DNA of 64,000 bases, from NCBI GenBank assembly GCA_001643675.2, contig LSRY02000006.1, positions 620,001 to 684,000 of the forward strand, written 5' to 3'. Position 1 is the first letter of the stretch. Each line of letters opens with the position of its first letter. This DNA is from Monocercomonoides exilis PA203 (Eukaryota; Protista; Preaxostyla). Below the pieces are notes generated by a model. It had not been told where the DNA came from. It ran no database searches and saw only the letters and a program-made list of their open reading frames with translations. This document shows positions 14,201 to 21,951 of the stretch, one piece after another. A program made the position numbers and the translations under genes.

Positions 14201-17200
14201 AGTTTTGCAGATCACCTGAGTCTGAGAAAGGAGGAGCAATTTTTGTGAACTTGGCGTCTGATGGGGTGTTCAAGTTGAGCAGCTCAAATGTGGTTCAATG
14301 CGGATGCTCGTCGTCAGCTGGCAGAGGAGGTGGAGTGTATCTATGTGCGAAAGAGGAAGGATCATTGAAGTTTGTGTTCAAGAACTCCAGCTTCGACTCC
14401 AACAGCGCAAAGACTGGAAAGGATATCTTCATCGAATGCAGAGACATTTCTGCTCAAGTGAATGAGAGCCAGTTTGCGATGGATCTGAGAGAGGGATACT
14501 ACAACCGTGTCAACGCCATCTGGGGCATTGATGACAAGCATCAGAGCGAGATTGATCTGATGGATTTCATTGTGGTGTATCAGTCCTCAATGATATTCGT
14601 TTCTTCGGCAAATAACAAGAATGGCGAAAACAGCAGGAAGTGTGGAACCACAAAAGTGCCTTGCTTGTCTCTGGGATATGGGCTCAGCCATGTTGTGACT
14701 GATGATGTGCCCATGCTCGTTATTGATACGGAATGTGTTCTCCAAGAAGAAGTGGATCTGACTGATGTATCAATGAGGCCGCGCTCATACGAAGGAGGAA
14801 GGATTGTACTTGTTGGTGGAATTGCTCCAACGAGAAACAGCTTGATGAGAGCGTGGGAAAGGGTGAAGATTGAGATGCTGAACATCACTCTTCCATTCTC
14901 AAATTCATTTGCCCATCTGTGTCTCTTGGAGATAAGCTCAGGCATTTTCGAAATGAGCAGGTCGGTTGTCAGCACCTCAGACGAATCAAAGCATGCCAAA
15001 GCAGAGTGTGTATTTTTGTGCTCAGATGGAGAATGTGTGCTTTTCGATGTGACAGTTTCGCTTTTGGACTGTTCATGCGTTGCGGAATGCAGTGGTGGTG
15101 CTCTGAACTGCTCCAGCTTGTTGTTGGCTTCGCTTGATGTTTCACAGAACTGCCTGCAAATATCTGGCAACAGCGGAAATTGCACTTTTGCAAACATATC
15201 GACTCATGATATCCAGTTGGATGATGGATATGTGATTGCAGTTTCCAGCCAGTTTCATCAGCAAAACTCAATAGCGACTGAATTTCGAAAACATCTGTCG
15301 ATATTTCTTGGTTCGCTTTCTGCAATCACTGGAAAATCAGATTATTCAGGAATCATTTATGTTGAAGGCAGCTCACATCAGATCGAAATTAACAGCTTGT
15401 CAGTTGAAAATATGTCATCCAAGGCAAATATTGGAAGTCATGCCTCTTTTTCTCATTGCTCAGATATTTCAATGGAATCATGCTTGTTCAATGGAGATAA
15501 ATCTTTGAGAAATTCAAATGCACCAATGAATGAAAAAACGAACATTTGCAAATGGAATGGCTCATTAGTGGACCTTTCAGATTGCACAGCAAAGATCAAG
15601 GATTCATCAATTGCGAATTCCAGTGAAGGAGGATTATCAGTGAGTGGAGGTGAGACGGTCATTGACGCTGGTCTATTTGTGAATAACAATCCATTGATTG
15701 GAAAATATCCCTCAGCTCGGAGAAACATATTGTGTTCGGATTCTGCTCAGCTGAATATCATGAGTCTGAAGGGAGGAGATGGGGTTTTTCCCAATTCATC
15801 GATGTGGATTCTGAATGAAGGATGCAGTTTGAAGGGGATTGTTGAGGAGCGAGCATCGCCATTGTTCATCCCCACATTGCGATGGGTGGGGACAGAGGAG
15901 AAGGAAGGGGTGCTGGATGTTGTGTTCAGGGGCACACTTCTTCTGCCATGCAACCTGTCGTTTCGGGTTGTTTCGTCGGTGGGGGATGTGGAGCAGATGG
16001 AGACACACGAGATAAGTGAGTCTGGGTTTGTGAGTGAAGAGGAAGTGCATGGCACAACTGGGTTGGAGATGGTCAGAGGAGCAGAGGCGAGAGCAGAAGT
16101 GAGGGTGTGCATCTTGTTTGGAGATGGCCATTCTCCCTCGGCAACTGAGTCATTCATCCTGAAGAACAGGAGCGAGACTGATCCAAAGGGAGATGAAAGG
16201 ATTGTTGAAGGAGGAAAAGAAGGGAAATCATCATGGGCATTGATTGTTGTTATTTTTTCAGTTTTGTTTTTAATTGTCCTGATTGTATCTATTATCATGA
16301 CGATTCGATGGAGAAAGGCAAGGAATGAAGCAGAAGATCTGAGAGAGATTGTGAATGAAAACATCAGAAAAGATCCGAAGGCGTTTGAGATGGTGACGAT
16401 GGAGATGTCACCTGAGGAGCAGTGGAGGAGAGCAGAGAGGGAGGCAGAGAAGAAGAATGATGAAAGGATAAAGAAAAGAGTGTATGAGAAAAGCTTGGGA
16501 CACTCAGAGTCATCGGAGCATCTTTTATCTGAGAGTGGATCGACTGAATATATCTTGGGAAGAGATTCAGACAAGATCCCTCAATGGATTCTGGAGAAAG
16601 TTGAGGAAGAAGGAGAGATTCAAAAGAGATCACCATCGCCATCCATCTCATCCACTTCAACCACGGACACTTCAGACACTGACACAACATTTGTTCGAGG
16701 GGAGGATTTATGCCCAACAACATCATCCATGTCGAATCTGGTGGATGCAATGGCATGTTCATCTCCTCATGAGAAATTGATTGTGGATCTGAGGGATTCT
16801 TTGTTCATGCTTCTTCATGGAAGGAATAAGACAAAGGAGATGGCGATTGGCACTCTGCAGGAGAGGGAGCAGACAGCTGCTCAGATCCTGTTCTGGGTGG
16901 CAAATGGAGCACTTCACTCATTTGATGAGATGGAAAACGGATTATCTTCACTGGCCAATCTGAGTCCACACATTGTGTTGTTCTCCGAGCACATGGTGAT
17001 CTGCATTGTGATGCACTCTGACTTATTGTCCGATGATGACTCAGATTCTTCATCCATCTCTTCGTCAACTGTTGTGACTTCTGCAAGTGATGATGATGAT
17101 GATGACTCTCTGCCCTCATCAGCGTTTGAAGAAGAGGATGACTTCAAAAAAGAGTGCCTGAGGTGGATGGCGCCTGAGTTGCTGATCAACAAGAAGATGG

Positions 17201-17574
17201 GGGCAACCAAGGAGTCGGTGGCATTCTCGATCGGGATGATGCTGTGGGAGTGCCTGACTCTTCAAATACCGTTTGGTGATTATGAGGCAGAGGTGGCGGG
17301 GCAGAAGATCGTGAATGGGGAGAGGCCAGTCCTGGGCAGCGCGGGGCAATCGTCGTTCTGCTCTGTGGTTGAAAACTGCCTCAACAGCCTTTCGCAGAAG
17401 CGCCCATCCCTCGCAACCCTCAAAAGAGAGCTCTTCCTGCATTTTCCGCCGGGAGCGATGGTCCTCACAGCCTCAGATGCCATCGATCGCACAATGCACA
17501 GCCAGCAGTCTGGAAGAGGTGCATCGAGTGAACTTGCTTGCAGCGAAAGCGAAATACTTGGAAATCGCTACTAG
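5281..17574 (+). CDS. Giant (~4,100 aa) type-I membrane protein: repeated beta-helix/Pmp-like ectodomain, single TM helix, degenerate tyrosine-kinase-like (pseudokinase) tail
   Basis: Uninterrupted 12.3-kb ORF with GGA(I/V) and FxxNxA motifs and eight G-x-(D/N)-x3-CG-x4-6-(P/A)C modules. TM WALIVVIFSVLFLIVLIVSIIMTI-RWRK at ~16230-16310. Kinase C-lobe motifs RWMAPELL and FSIGMMLWECLTLQIPF are present, with no HRD/DFG. The track start is a TTG; the true start may be ATG 5199 via an intron. Confidence 0.9.
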   Translation: MKIKIHLYIQVCKTLDAFINATTKILQMKKHVKHIFSYELPHIFEQKRSSLLISTNAINSSVQFETVAMAQHSNSSIVISRRLSRTSLKRCILFPSREKKNALFTCDESELLLESISLQFSSVSNSLYFVSTSLPISSSSPSLSCCPCIISISDSILSSTEILNAPLLCTESDTQASMQRCLFSNITELYDRNEVKHKNGLYSTSFSSCVFSSVEDVFYDGISCSINSPSSKNFASSNSTFSKCCRTKNEPTRYNTSQRYFIGEVSFVNSLFEKCIANDNVNIRGGGIYCTGSSLTLSVVNCSFFSCNAKQDGGAIFISTSNLKSISNCYFENNTASFGGGTYFASMPDKVVIEKCTYFGNIALSCGHDVRFFVMQSLINNAIIESCLFIGRNTSTKGSNYFDPAPKNLYYSNCYWCDYHANSGSGALYMDCHESWASTPPRFLFLFFHNNTSGDNHGHDCWLNSSLNITNPFAYSFSTTPAKRVYFMGTSESKEFNSWIPQGTMIYSKTGGADTEGCGLSALSTPCSSLEYSLSRLQELRTGLVNMLQAKFQPEVLNIGEMTVTMKGDGKDATVISTSQVPQSASSVIVLSSGSLCLTNVSVEIEPPSSSLTVFYSLAALAHPQGRIQLENILISGSEANNNVVHSVSLLNVQNGYLGLSSCTISEIAVDTLPLIAFQAPEQLGMKNVLMESISRKSGNGGIMEMDVEEQEIFRFDNVTFRNCICQQGNGGAMFVALKTNSMFTVGQDVAVNFNECCVPTDDQSKGKGGALYIKVCSDEPLFILNALSFERCNAWKGKNVFVEAVNLGTCVNENTIKFGRDGMLDDDLMGFENNDTSHLIPLRLFLSGAFVPPVHVGGPNNRDFSGCGYASYPCSTLKHAVSLRFSAADRLLSLHSQFVWNEEMTLDGFAWNICCEQENTSISFKPVAPVEGDGFIACASSSLFQNICFTLCDQPEFSFRSLLVCLGPSLSIADCSLKMENDDSVLTNSFAEIRKGTFSISNFHIQQLTADLSSPALSELICVSEDEASIDANGLICKQLIMRNKGDFLRLSSGKSSEIKNSVFEDGRYADGCCVQWTNGQSLKVRNTSFASEIRTSGNGSCINVKGASENFKSMMITNCSFDSCSVQEDESCGGAICGAEDAKCGLTISDCIFHSCTAPEGLLGKGYGGGICLYCSSESDDLFSIASPVSSLEYPNSAAIGKDLFIQSPNLTNTLTNKTLPFAVGSADLTDDSMRGYDGADKVHAIPLVYFYRVITNEVCASETGQDVAPCGFDTYPCRSVSFSFKRQNGSKSNVVLSPLFTLAESVVADGEKTYTIGGVAERSIVIVQGAKSPEAGLFCSSISLGFSVIINSIAFKLPTTIQTHSSLMHHKGSGNMRVENCEFEPQEAVESHSFSLIAAESGDITISDCSFKNIAFVAAWIVSCSGSSQTLIDKATITNATTLTGSSLITATTSTAELTVRDSSFTSVAKSNCVAIQTAFIQALTLNNTNIENIERSSNNGGAVECTVGNGGSVVIEGGSMKKCVCEGWNGGGLHISVEAGGNVQVGNTSSAETAIEECSSKENGGKGGYGGGIMLLLNEGAQNVIIKNVLFTLCSAPKGGSNIFMEAPVLENVAKATVLAHSFNTSVEDMPVLEELGGFDGSNKRDVIPLVLFFRRLSSTAHVSGTGIDYYKCGYADFPCLTIPFSESLMKESSGVILVESSFNINDKIELKTKNMSIKAKESRSEIRVGAGGGGASGGMIETSKDVNIEQISFVHPSSLGEAISFLFMCLNERLCISDCQVEMEAASGLTCSFSLIGVLGGELKCEHFSVLNSRYGSVEIIVLDGSGTNNAVKCNMNDVNFTDITSRSEKGMMSVKSVQEFGMENSKVQNTNQMNCPFFSFEGTANITMKNSTFSEISRQNGFGGLMNGRVNEKEKIEITNCTMDICNSTSEDMCGGCVHVDVGDYGTFLFDGNTATRCKVFGDRGFGGGLYIILNTLKSKYSLKMIEFSENEANRGKNIYIVCPTPREAIKPTLFDKSADENMEEEELWVYDTSGSMPDGESLRRYLFASDAEIVFLDTTNGTDSPECGTDLYPCQTMDTGFTKMTDNQSTLHIQGSTELNRDVNRAGKSLTVRGKAGHSTLNIETNGHFGLSEGSETPSLIFNNIRFALLAQSGRSELINAQTGTLFLKDCIFDESERSDAKIEFWLLECRRAEASFTTVIINTLSFTESVGIARVTEGIIEMEDVNISDISSKGNGLVQGCEGSDLLLRNIKAESCVVENGQVVSVSGKASLSITKNSEFGTCENLNGNGGAVSVKGCANEEFIFANISLQSCTADEMEMKGGGFFFEFTEQYSRTFSVMDCSFGSNKAKFGKDAFISCFDLNNSVTLDQFARLSGDGENGTVEMMGTDNVNFKNENVNLTLFLVQGKFEVAEVSPTGLDVLGCGSSENPCQSLWRGFQNLVPETRERQIRINVSAMVNDSYDLHSFLTISSSTDKTAELLINPKIERGEETSVFSSTMSLTLHSISLLMPQAFENGQTIVFESNSPSGMLDFQSSSFNVEREGEIAYQLVHMASGSLLLFNCSVSIFRFFQTPFVACGSVQLSNCNISKVCTSGSVEGGALRVCLTNSNNAAINETTACKCTCEAKEGMGGFMFLNSTDSLEEKPLSIISSVFEANEAALGKNIFVQASDLNTTVTEDVFAFDYEQLKDNPDLFVGSDRYQNNVDLFVFLIRFKSDTVFVSSSGFDVKRCGSEFIACRSFWKGFGQIDQAKQEKIMLIDQAAAVTDQYDVSNFTIKSIVKMELEEASSLLFETANESNEICFFSNSYKLSVVDLALKMRKVEEGAKVCMIKNIQGTLSLEDCSFETSADNAGASFRADVLFVMMNSGEFFVKKLKVKASVRKDLFCINSGCLCNFDGMDVKELSSDRGCVVNVEQQERNANAEQAHISLNGSLFSSVVRSDDGSCVVKSSSNVPLSLDINGSTFEFCRSPESEKGGAIFVNLASDGVFKLSSSNVVQCGCSSSAGRGGGVYLCAKEEGSLKFVFKNSSFDSNSAKTGKDIFIECRDISAQVNESQFAMDLREGYYNRVNAIWGIDDKHQSEIDLMDFIVVYQSSMIFVSSANNKNGENSRKCGTTKVPCLSLGYGLSHVVTDDVPMLVIDTECVLQEEVDLTDVSMRPRSYEGGRIVLVGGIAPTRNSLMRAWERVKIEMLNITLPFSNSFAHLCLLEISSGIFEMSRSVVSTSDESKHAKAECVFLCSDGECVLFDVTVSLLDCSCVAECSGGALNCSSLLLASLDVSQNCLQISGNSGNCTFANISTHDIQLDDGYVIAVSSQFHQQNSIATEFRKHLSIFLGSLSAITGKSDYSGIIYVEGSSHQIEINSLSVENMSSKANIGSHASFSHCSDISMESCLFNGDKSLRNSNAPMNEKTNICKWNGSLVDLSDCTAKIKDSSIANSSEGGLSVSGGETVIDAGLFVNNNPLIGKYPSARRNILCSDSAQLNIMSLKGGDGVFPNSSMWILNEGCSLKGIVEERASPLFIPTLRWVGTEEKEGVLDVVFRGTLLLPCNLSFRVVSSVGDVEQMETHEISESGFVSEEEVHGTTGLEMVRGAEARAEVRVCILFGDGHSPSATESFILKNRSETDPKGDERIVEGGKEGKSSWALIVVIFSVLFLIVLIVSIIMTIRWRKARNEAEDLREIVNENIRKDPKAFEMVTMEMSPEEQWRRAEREAEKKNDERIKKRVYEKSLGHSESSEHLLSESGSTEYILGRDSDKIPQWILEKVEEEGEIQKRSPSPSISSTSTTDTSDTDTTFVRGEDLCPTTSSMSNLVDAMACSSPHEKLIVDLRDSLFMLLHGRNKTKEMAIGTLQEREQTAAQILFWVANGALHSFDEMENGLSSLANLSPHIVLFSEHMVICIVMHSDLLSDDDSDSSSISSSTVVTSASDDDDDDSLPSSAFEEEDDFKKECLRWMAPELLINKKMGATKESVAFSIGMMLWECLTLQIPFGDYEAEVAGQKIVNGERPVLGSAGQSSFCSVVENCLNSLSQKRPSLATLKRELFLHFPPGAMVLTASDAIDRTMHSQQSGRGASSELACSESEILGNRY

Positions 17575-20500
17575 CAGCAGGGCACGATCAAAGTGGGATT
17601 GGCTCTTCAACTGCCCATTTTTCTCGTATTTCTGTCTGCTTGAAGCACATCGCGTCGCAGCATTCCTTATATTTCTTTTCTTTTCTTTTTTTGATGTTTT
17701 GTGCCAAATGGCTTTTGTTTTTGACTTTCCCATTTTTTTCCCCTGTTCCATTTGAATGTCTTCACATCACCATCCATCCTTTTCCTGTTCATAGGCTTGG
17801 AGCAACCCTTCATTTCCCAGTGCTGCTTCTTTCCTGCCATTCCATTCCTCATGTCTTTTTGAACTTCCACAGAAAAATCCATTAAAAAAATAATCTCGAC
17901 AATATTGAATCAAATACGATATCGAAGCTTTTTGTGCAAGAGTGAGAGAAAATCAGCTTTCAGAATAAGATGAAGCAAACGAACAAAAGCGATTCCAGAT
18001 AAATCTTGAATGGATCACGTGCCATTTCTGCCCATTCCTGAATTCTTCCATCGAGCCACAACACATGCACATAGAAAGAAAAATGCATTTCTTTTCTCTC
18101 CAAAACAAAGATCGGGCAAGACTCGCATTGCCGCTCACACATCAAGTGATTGTTTGAAATACTGTTGAAAAACACAAAATCCTTCTGGCTTCCAAAACCT
18201 CCAGCTTTGCTTTTCCCCTTCGTGTTATCGCAATTCTGCGTCCTGCCACCAATAAATCAATAAAAATGACTCGCCTCAAGTCCGTTTTGCTGAGCGCTTC
18301 ACGAAAACACTTTTGACCCAATTTTCAGGAATGAAAATCGAAATGCCTCCTCAAATCAAAAATAACAAAAATGTTTGGCAAATGTTTTTTTTTCTCTATT
18401 TCTGCTTCGCTGTTGACTTTGCTTCTTCAGATAGAACGAAGCACTTTCAAGAGAAAATAAAAGGTTGTCTGATGTGTATTGAAATGAGTGATGCTCCATT
18501 TCATGGATTCCATCCATTTGAGCCTTTTGAGCCAAAACCCTCAGATGACCAATTGATTGGAAATGCACCAAAAAAAAAAAAAAAAGAAAATTGAATATCC
18601 CTTCGATCTTGCTGCCTCGTGTCGGGTCGAGCATTCCCAGCTTCGCAGATGCCTCCTCCAATGAGCAACTCCCTTGCTTTGCTGCTTTTCACGCCTCTCC
18701 AAACCGGAAAGTCAAAAACAGATATGTGACGAAATCCCCCCGTTCGTGCGCCAGACCCAAAGCATGCTCCTCCTGAGCCGTTAGCAAACAATTCGAGCAG
18801 TGCATTCAACAAGTCGGCCAAAAAAATAAAAAAATGATGATGTTTCAACTCGAATCGTGGCTTCTTCATCGCTTGTTTGGGTCGCAATTGCAGAGCACAA
18901 AATCAATTATAACATCTTTATTCTTGCCGTCCCTTTTTGCTCCCAAAAAACACCACAGCCACTTGGGCGCCTCCAATAGTTTGCTTTTTCATCCATTCCG
19001 CGAAACGCAGCGTTATTTGCCAATAAAACGTCCACCACTCATTTCCTCTCCGAAACAAATAGCATGTGGCAGTTGCACGAAAAAATGATCATGTCCGTGC
19101 AGCAACACTTGCATCTTCTTTTTCTTCAAATGGTTTTTCTTTTTTTCTCAAGCAATCCAAAAAAAGTGAGTTCAACAACTGCAAGTGTGGCACTGCTACT
19201 CACATGCAATAAATGCAGAATGGCTCCCATCCTCGACATTGGATCACTTTCCGTTTCCTTCAGCAGGCCCAATAAAAGGCATCTTCAATTATTGTCAATT
19301 TATTCATCGTCACATGAATGTTTCTCTGTTAATAATTCCATTCCCCTGAAAACAAAATCGCATGCACCATCGTCGCTTCAAGCGCATTTTGCATGTCTCG
19401 GCTGTGCTCGGTGAAATCTCAATTTCATGGCTAAGACTAATGGCGGCATAAATCAACCCCAGCGCAGCATCACTTCGGCTTTTCGACCCATTTCCAGAGG
19501 CGATGGCAACCATTGGGCAAATATAATCAAAGAGAGGCCTTAGCCTTTGCAGTTGCAAAAATACTTTTTCGATTGATCAATCTCATTAACTATTTTATTT
19601 CAGTCAAAAAAATAAAAAATATTTTCTGAGTGGACATATTTTTCTTTTTTGGAATCAAACTAATTGATTGAAGTTGTTTGGTTAATAACTTGAAGCGTTT
19701 CAGTTGAAAACTGTTTCAAAAATTAAAAAAAAAAATTTGAATTTTATTCAATTTTCATTGAAAAGTCATTATTCGGTGATTGTTGTTGAAATGATATTTT
19801 TGTATTTCCATTTTGGAGAATAGATTGCCCCCTTCAGCTGATTGTATTGATATTCCAATGTGTGGCAAATGGCTCTGTCCAAAGTTATTAATTACAGAGC
19901 AAACCAACGAATGCTGCAAACAATAATAGAAGTTTGCGTTTGTTGTTTTCCCCATCTGGGACAAAACTTCGAGTGCAACATTCCAATATTTATTCGAAAA
20001 TTTTTGTTAAAAATAATTCGATATTACATCAGAAAGAATCGCCCAATTGTTTCGATTTCGATGTTGAACTGAAAATGATTTATTTTATTCAGTTTTTTGG
20101 AACTGGCTCTTCATGCCTCACAACAACATGGAACAAATTGTAATGAATAAAAAAACAAAAATGACCCTGCTCATCAACGATAGGCACAGTTGTGATCTAT
20201 GACTTGTTGGAACTTAAAATTTATCAGAATGAACAATTTTTTTTTCTCTCTCCCAGAAATTTTATCGGAAATGACTTTTCGAAAATAATTTGACAATTAT
20301 AACAAGCGAAACACAAAAATCACCAAACGAATCTTTTTCGTTTTATGGAATGTGTTAGAAATGTTCCACATAACCATTTTTATTTCCTTCAAAAATAGAC
20401 ACACACCAATAATTATTATTCAATTGTTGAAAACCGATGCCATCACACAAAAACCAGGGAATTCAACATATTTTTTTTTTTTTTTTTGAATCCTGAAAGA

Positions 20501-21024
20501 AACACTTGGAGGCAAACACAAACAATGGTGAAAGCTTCAGATGTTTGTCCTTCTTAACAGTTAGGAGTGGGCTTTTTTCCCCAATTCGTTTTATTGTTGA
20601 TAACTTTTCACAGAACATAACAATATCAAAAGTGGCAGATGAAAACACAACAAGGATATCATTCAAACAGAGAAAATGATAATGAAGCTAAAAATTATTA
20701 AACATGTTTGTGTGTGATTGTTTTTGAAATCATAACTTTTTTCGGTGTGTTCATTTTTTTGAAATAAAACCTTAAATAATCTTGTTTTTTTATTCAAATG
20801 AAAAATGGATAACAATCATTGATAAAGACAATGTTTTTCGACTTTATTTTTGAAAAAACAGAATTTGAAAGGAATTGTTAATTTCCAGTTTTCATTTATC
20901 GATATTTAATGCAAATTTCAAGGTTGAAAATATTGACAGAAAAAATATGGATTCAGTAATAATTTCCCATATTAATTTCAAAATAGATAGAAAAATTCCC
21001 ATTATTTATCAAAAAAAAGTTATT

Positions 21025-21064
21025 TAGTCGATGCAAAAGCAGATCCTATGTGCGAAACCCGAAC
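21025..21064 (+). repeat. Left terminal inverted repeat (degenerate)
   Basis: tagtcgatgcaaaagcagatcctatgtgcgaaacccgaac versus the reverse complement of 32864-32903, cagtctgtgccaaagccgatccttggtgcgaaacccgatc. Confidence 0.75.
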
Positions 21065-21377
21065 AAAGAGAGAAAGAGAGAGAGAATGCAATAATTTATA
21101 GAAGTTGTTAAATATTTCTTCAATGAAAGACGAAATATATTCTTCTATTCGTTGAAACCAGGTATTTGGCAACATATTTAGTAATTAACCAATAAAACAA
21201 TAAACTCAGAAAATGAATTTTGTTTTTGTTTTATTATTGATATAGTTAAAAATAATTGATATGAAGCAATTTTTCTTAAAGAAATTTTGAAATTTATTCG
21301 TCAAAATGGTGTGAAGACTAAAGTTTTATGCGGCAGTTGCGTTCAGAGTGGAATGTTTCTCGAATGCGTTTCTCTTT

Positions 21378-21893
21378 CTAATTAAATGAAGGAGAAATTT
21401 TTCTGGGAGGGTGAACAAAATATTTTATTTCGTCACTCGAAGTTGATTTCACTTCTTTTTCATCGTCTTTGACTTTTTCAATCATTCTCTTTTCTTTTTT
21501 TCTCGAAAACTTTTTTTCCTTTGCTTGTTCTTTATTCAACATTTCATTAAGTTCTTGTCGACTATGTTTATTCCCACGTTTCTTTTCAGAAGAAGATGAA
21601 GTTGGTTTTCTAATTTTCGTATGCTGCTTTTGAAGAAAATGAAAATCCTCTTTTGTTGATTCAATTTGTTTCATTAGCTCTGATTCATCCATCTCATTTG
21701 CTCCTTCTGTTGTATTTTCGTCAGTTGTATTTTCGTCAGTTGAATATTTTCTGTGATTAACGATCAATTTTGTAGGTTCTTTTGATAATTCAGAATCTTT
21801 CAGAGATGAATGTTTTGAAGGTTGTGAAGAAGATAGTTGGCAAAATTTTTTTGAAAAGTTCCTCGACTTTAATTTTGTCCCACAAAAGATCAT
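21378..21893 (-). CDS. Lys/Glu-rich hypothetical protein divergent from the Sola2-like transposase
   Basis: 171-codon ATG-started ORF with purine-rich coding bias, 58 bp from the transposase ATG. No recognisable domain. Confidence 0.45.
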   Translation of the reverse strand: MIFCGTKLKSRNFSKKFCQLSSSQPSKHSSLKDSELSKEPTKLIVNHRKYSTDENTTDENTTEGANEMDESELMKQIESTKEDFHFLQKQHTKIRKPTSSSSEKKRGNKHSRQELNEMLNKEQAKEKKFSRKKEKRMIEKVKDDEKEVKSTSSDEIKYFVHPPRKISPSFN

Positions 21894-21951
21894 ATATGAT
21901 CAAAAAATTAAAAGATGAATATTACCATTATTATTACAAAAGAAACAAAAA

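Noticed and set aside
7248-17492. Numerous 100-275-aa antisense ORFs within the giant genes (also 40388-54189 and 57816-63674)
   Set aside because: They are shadows of long coding frames with biased codon usage and carry no independent motifs.
19755-20900. Short ORFs as genes or transposase remnants
   Set aside because: AT-rich, under 75 aa, no motifs or consistent splice chain.
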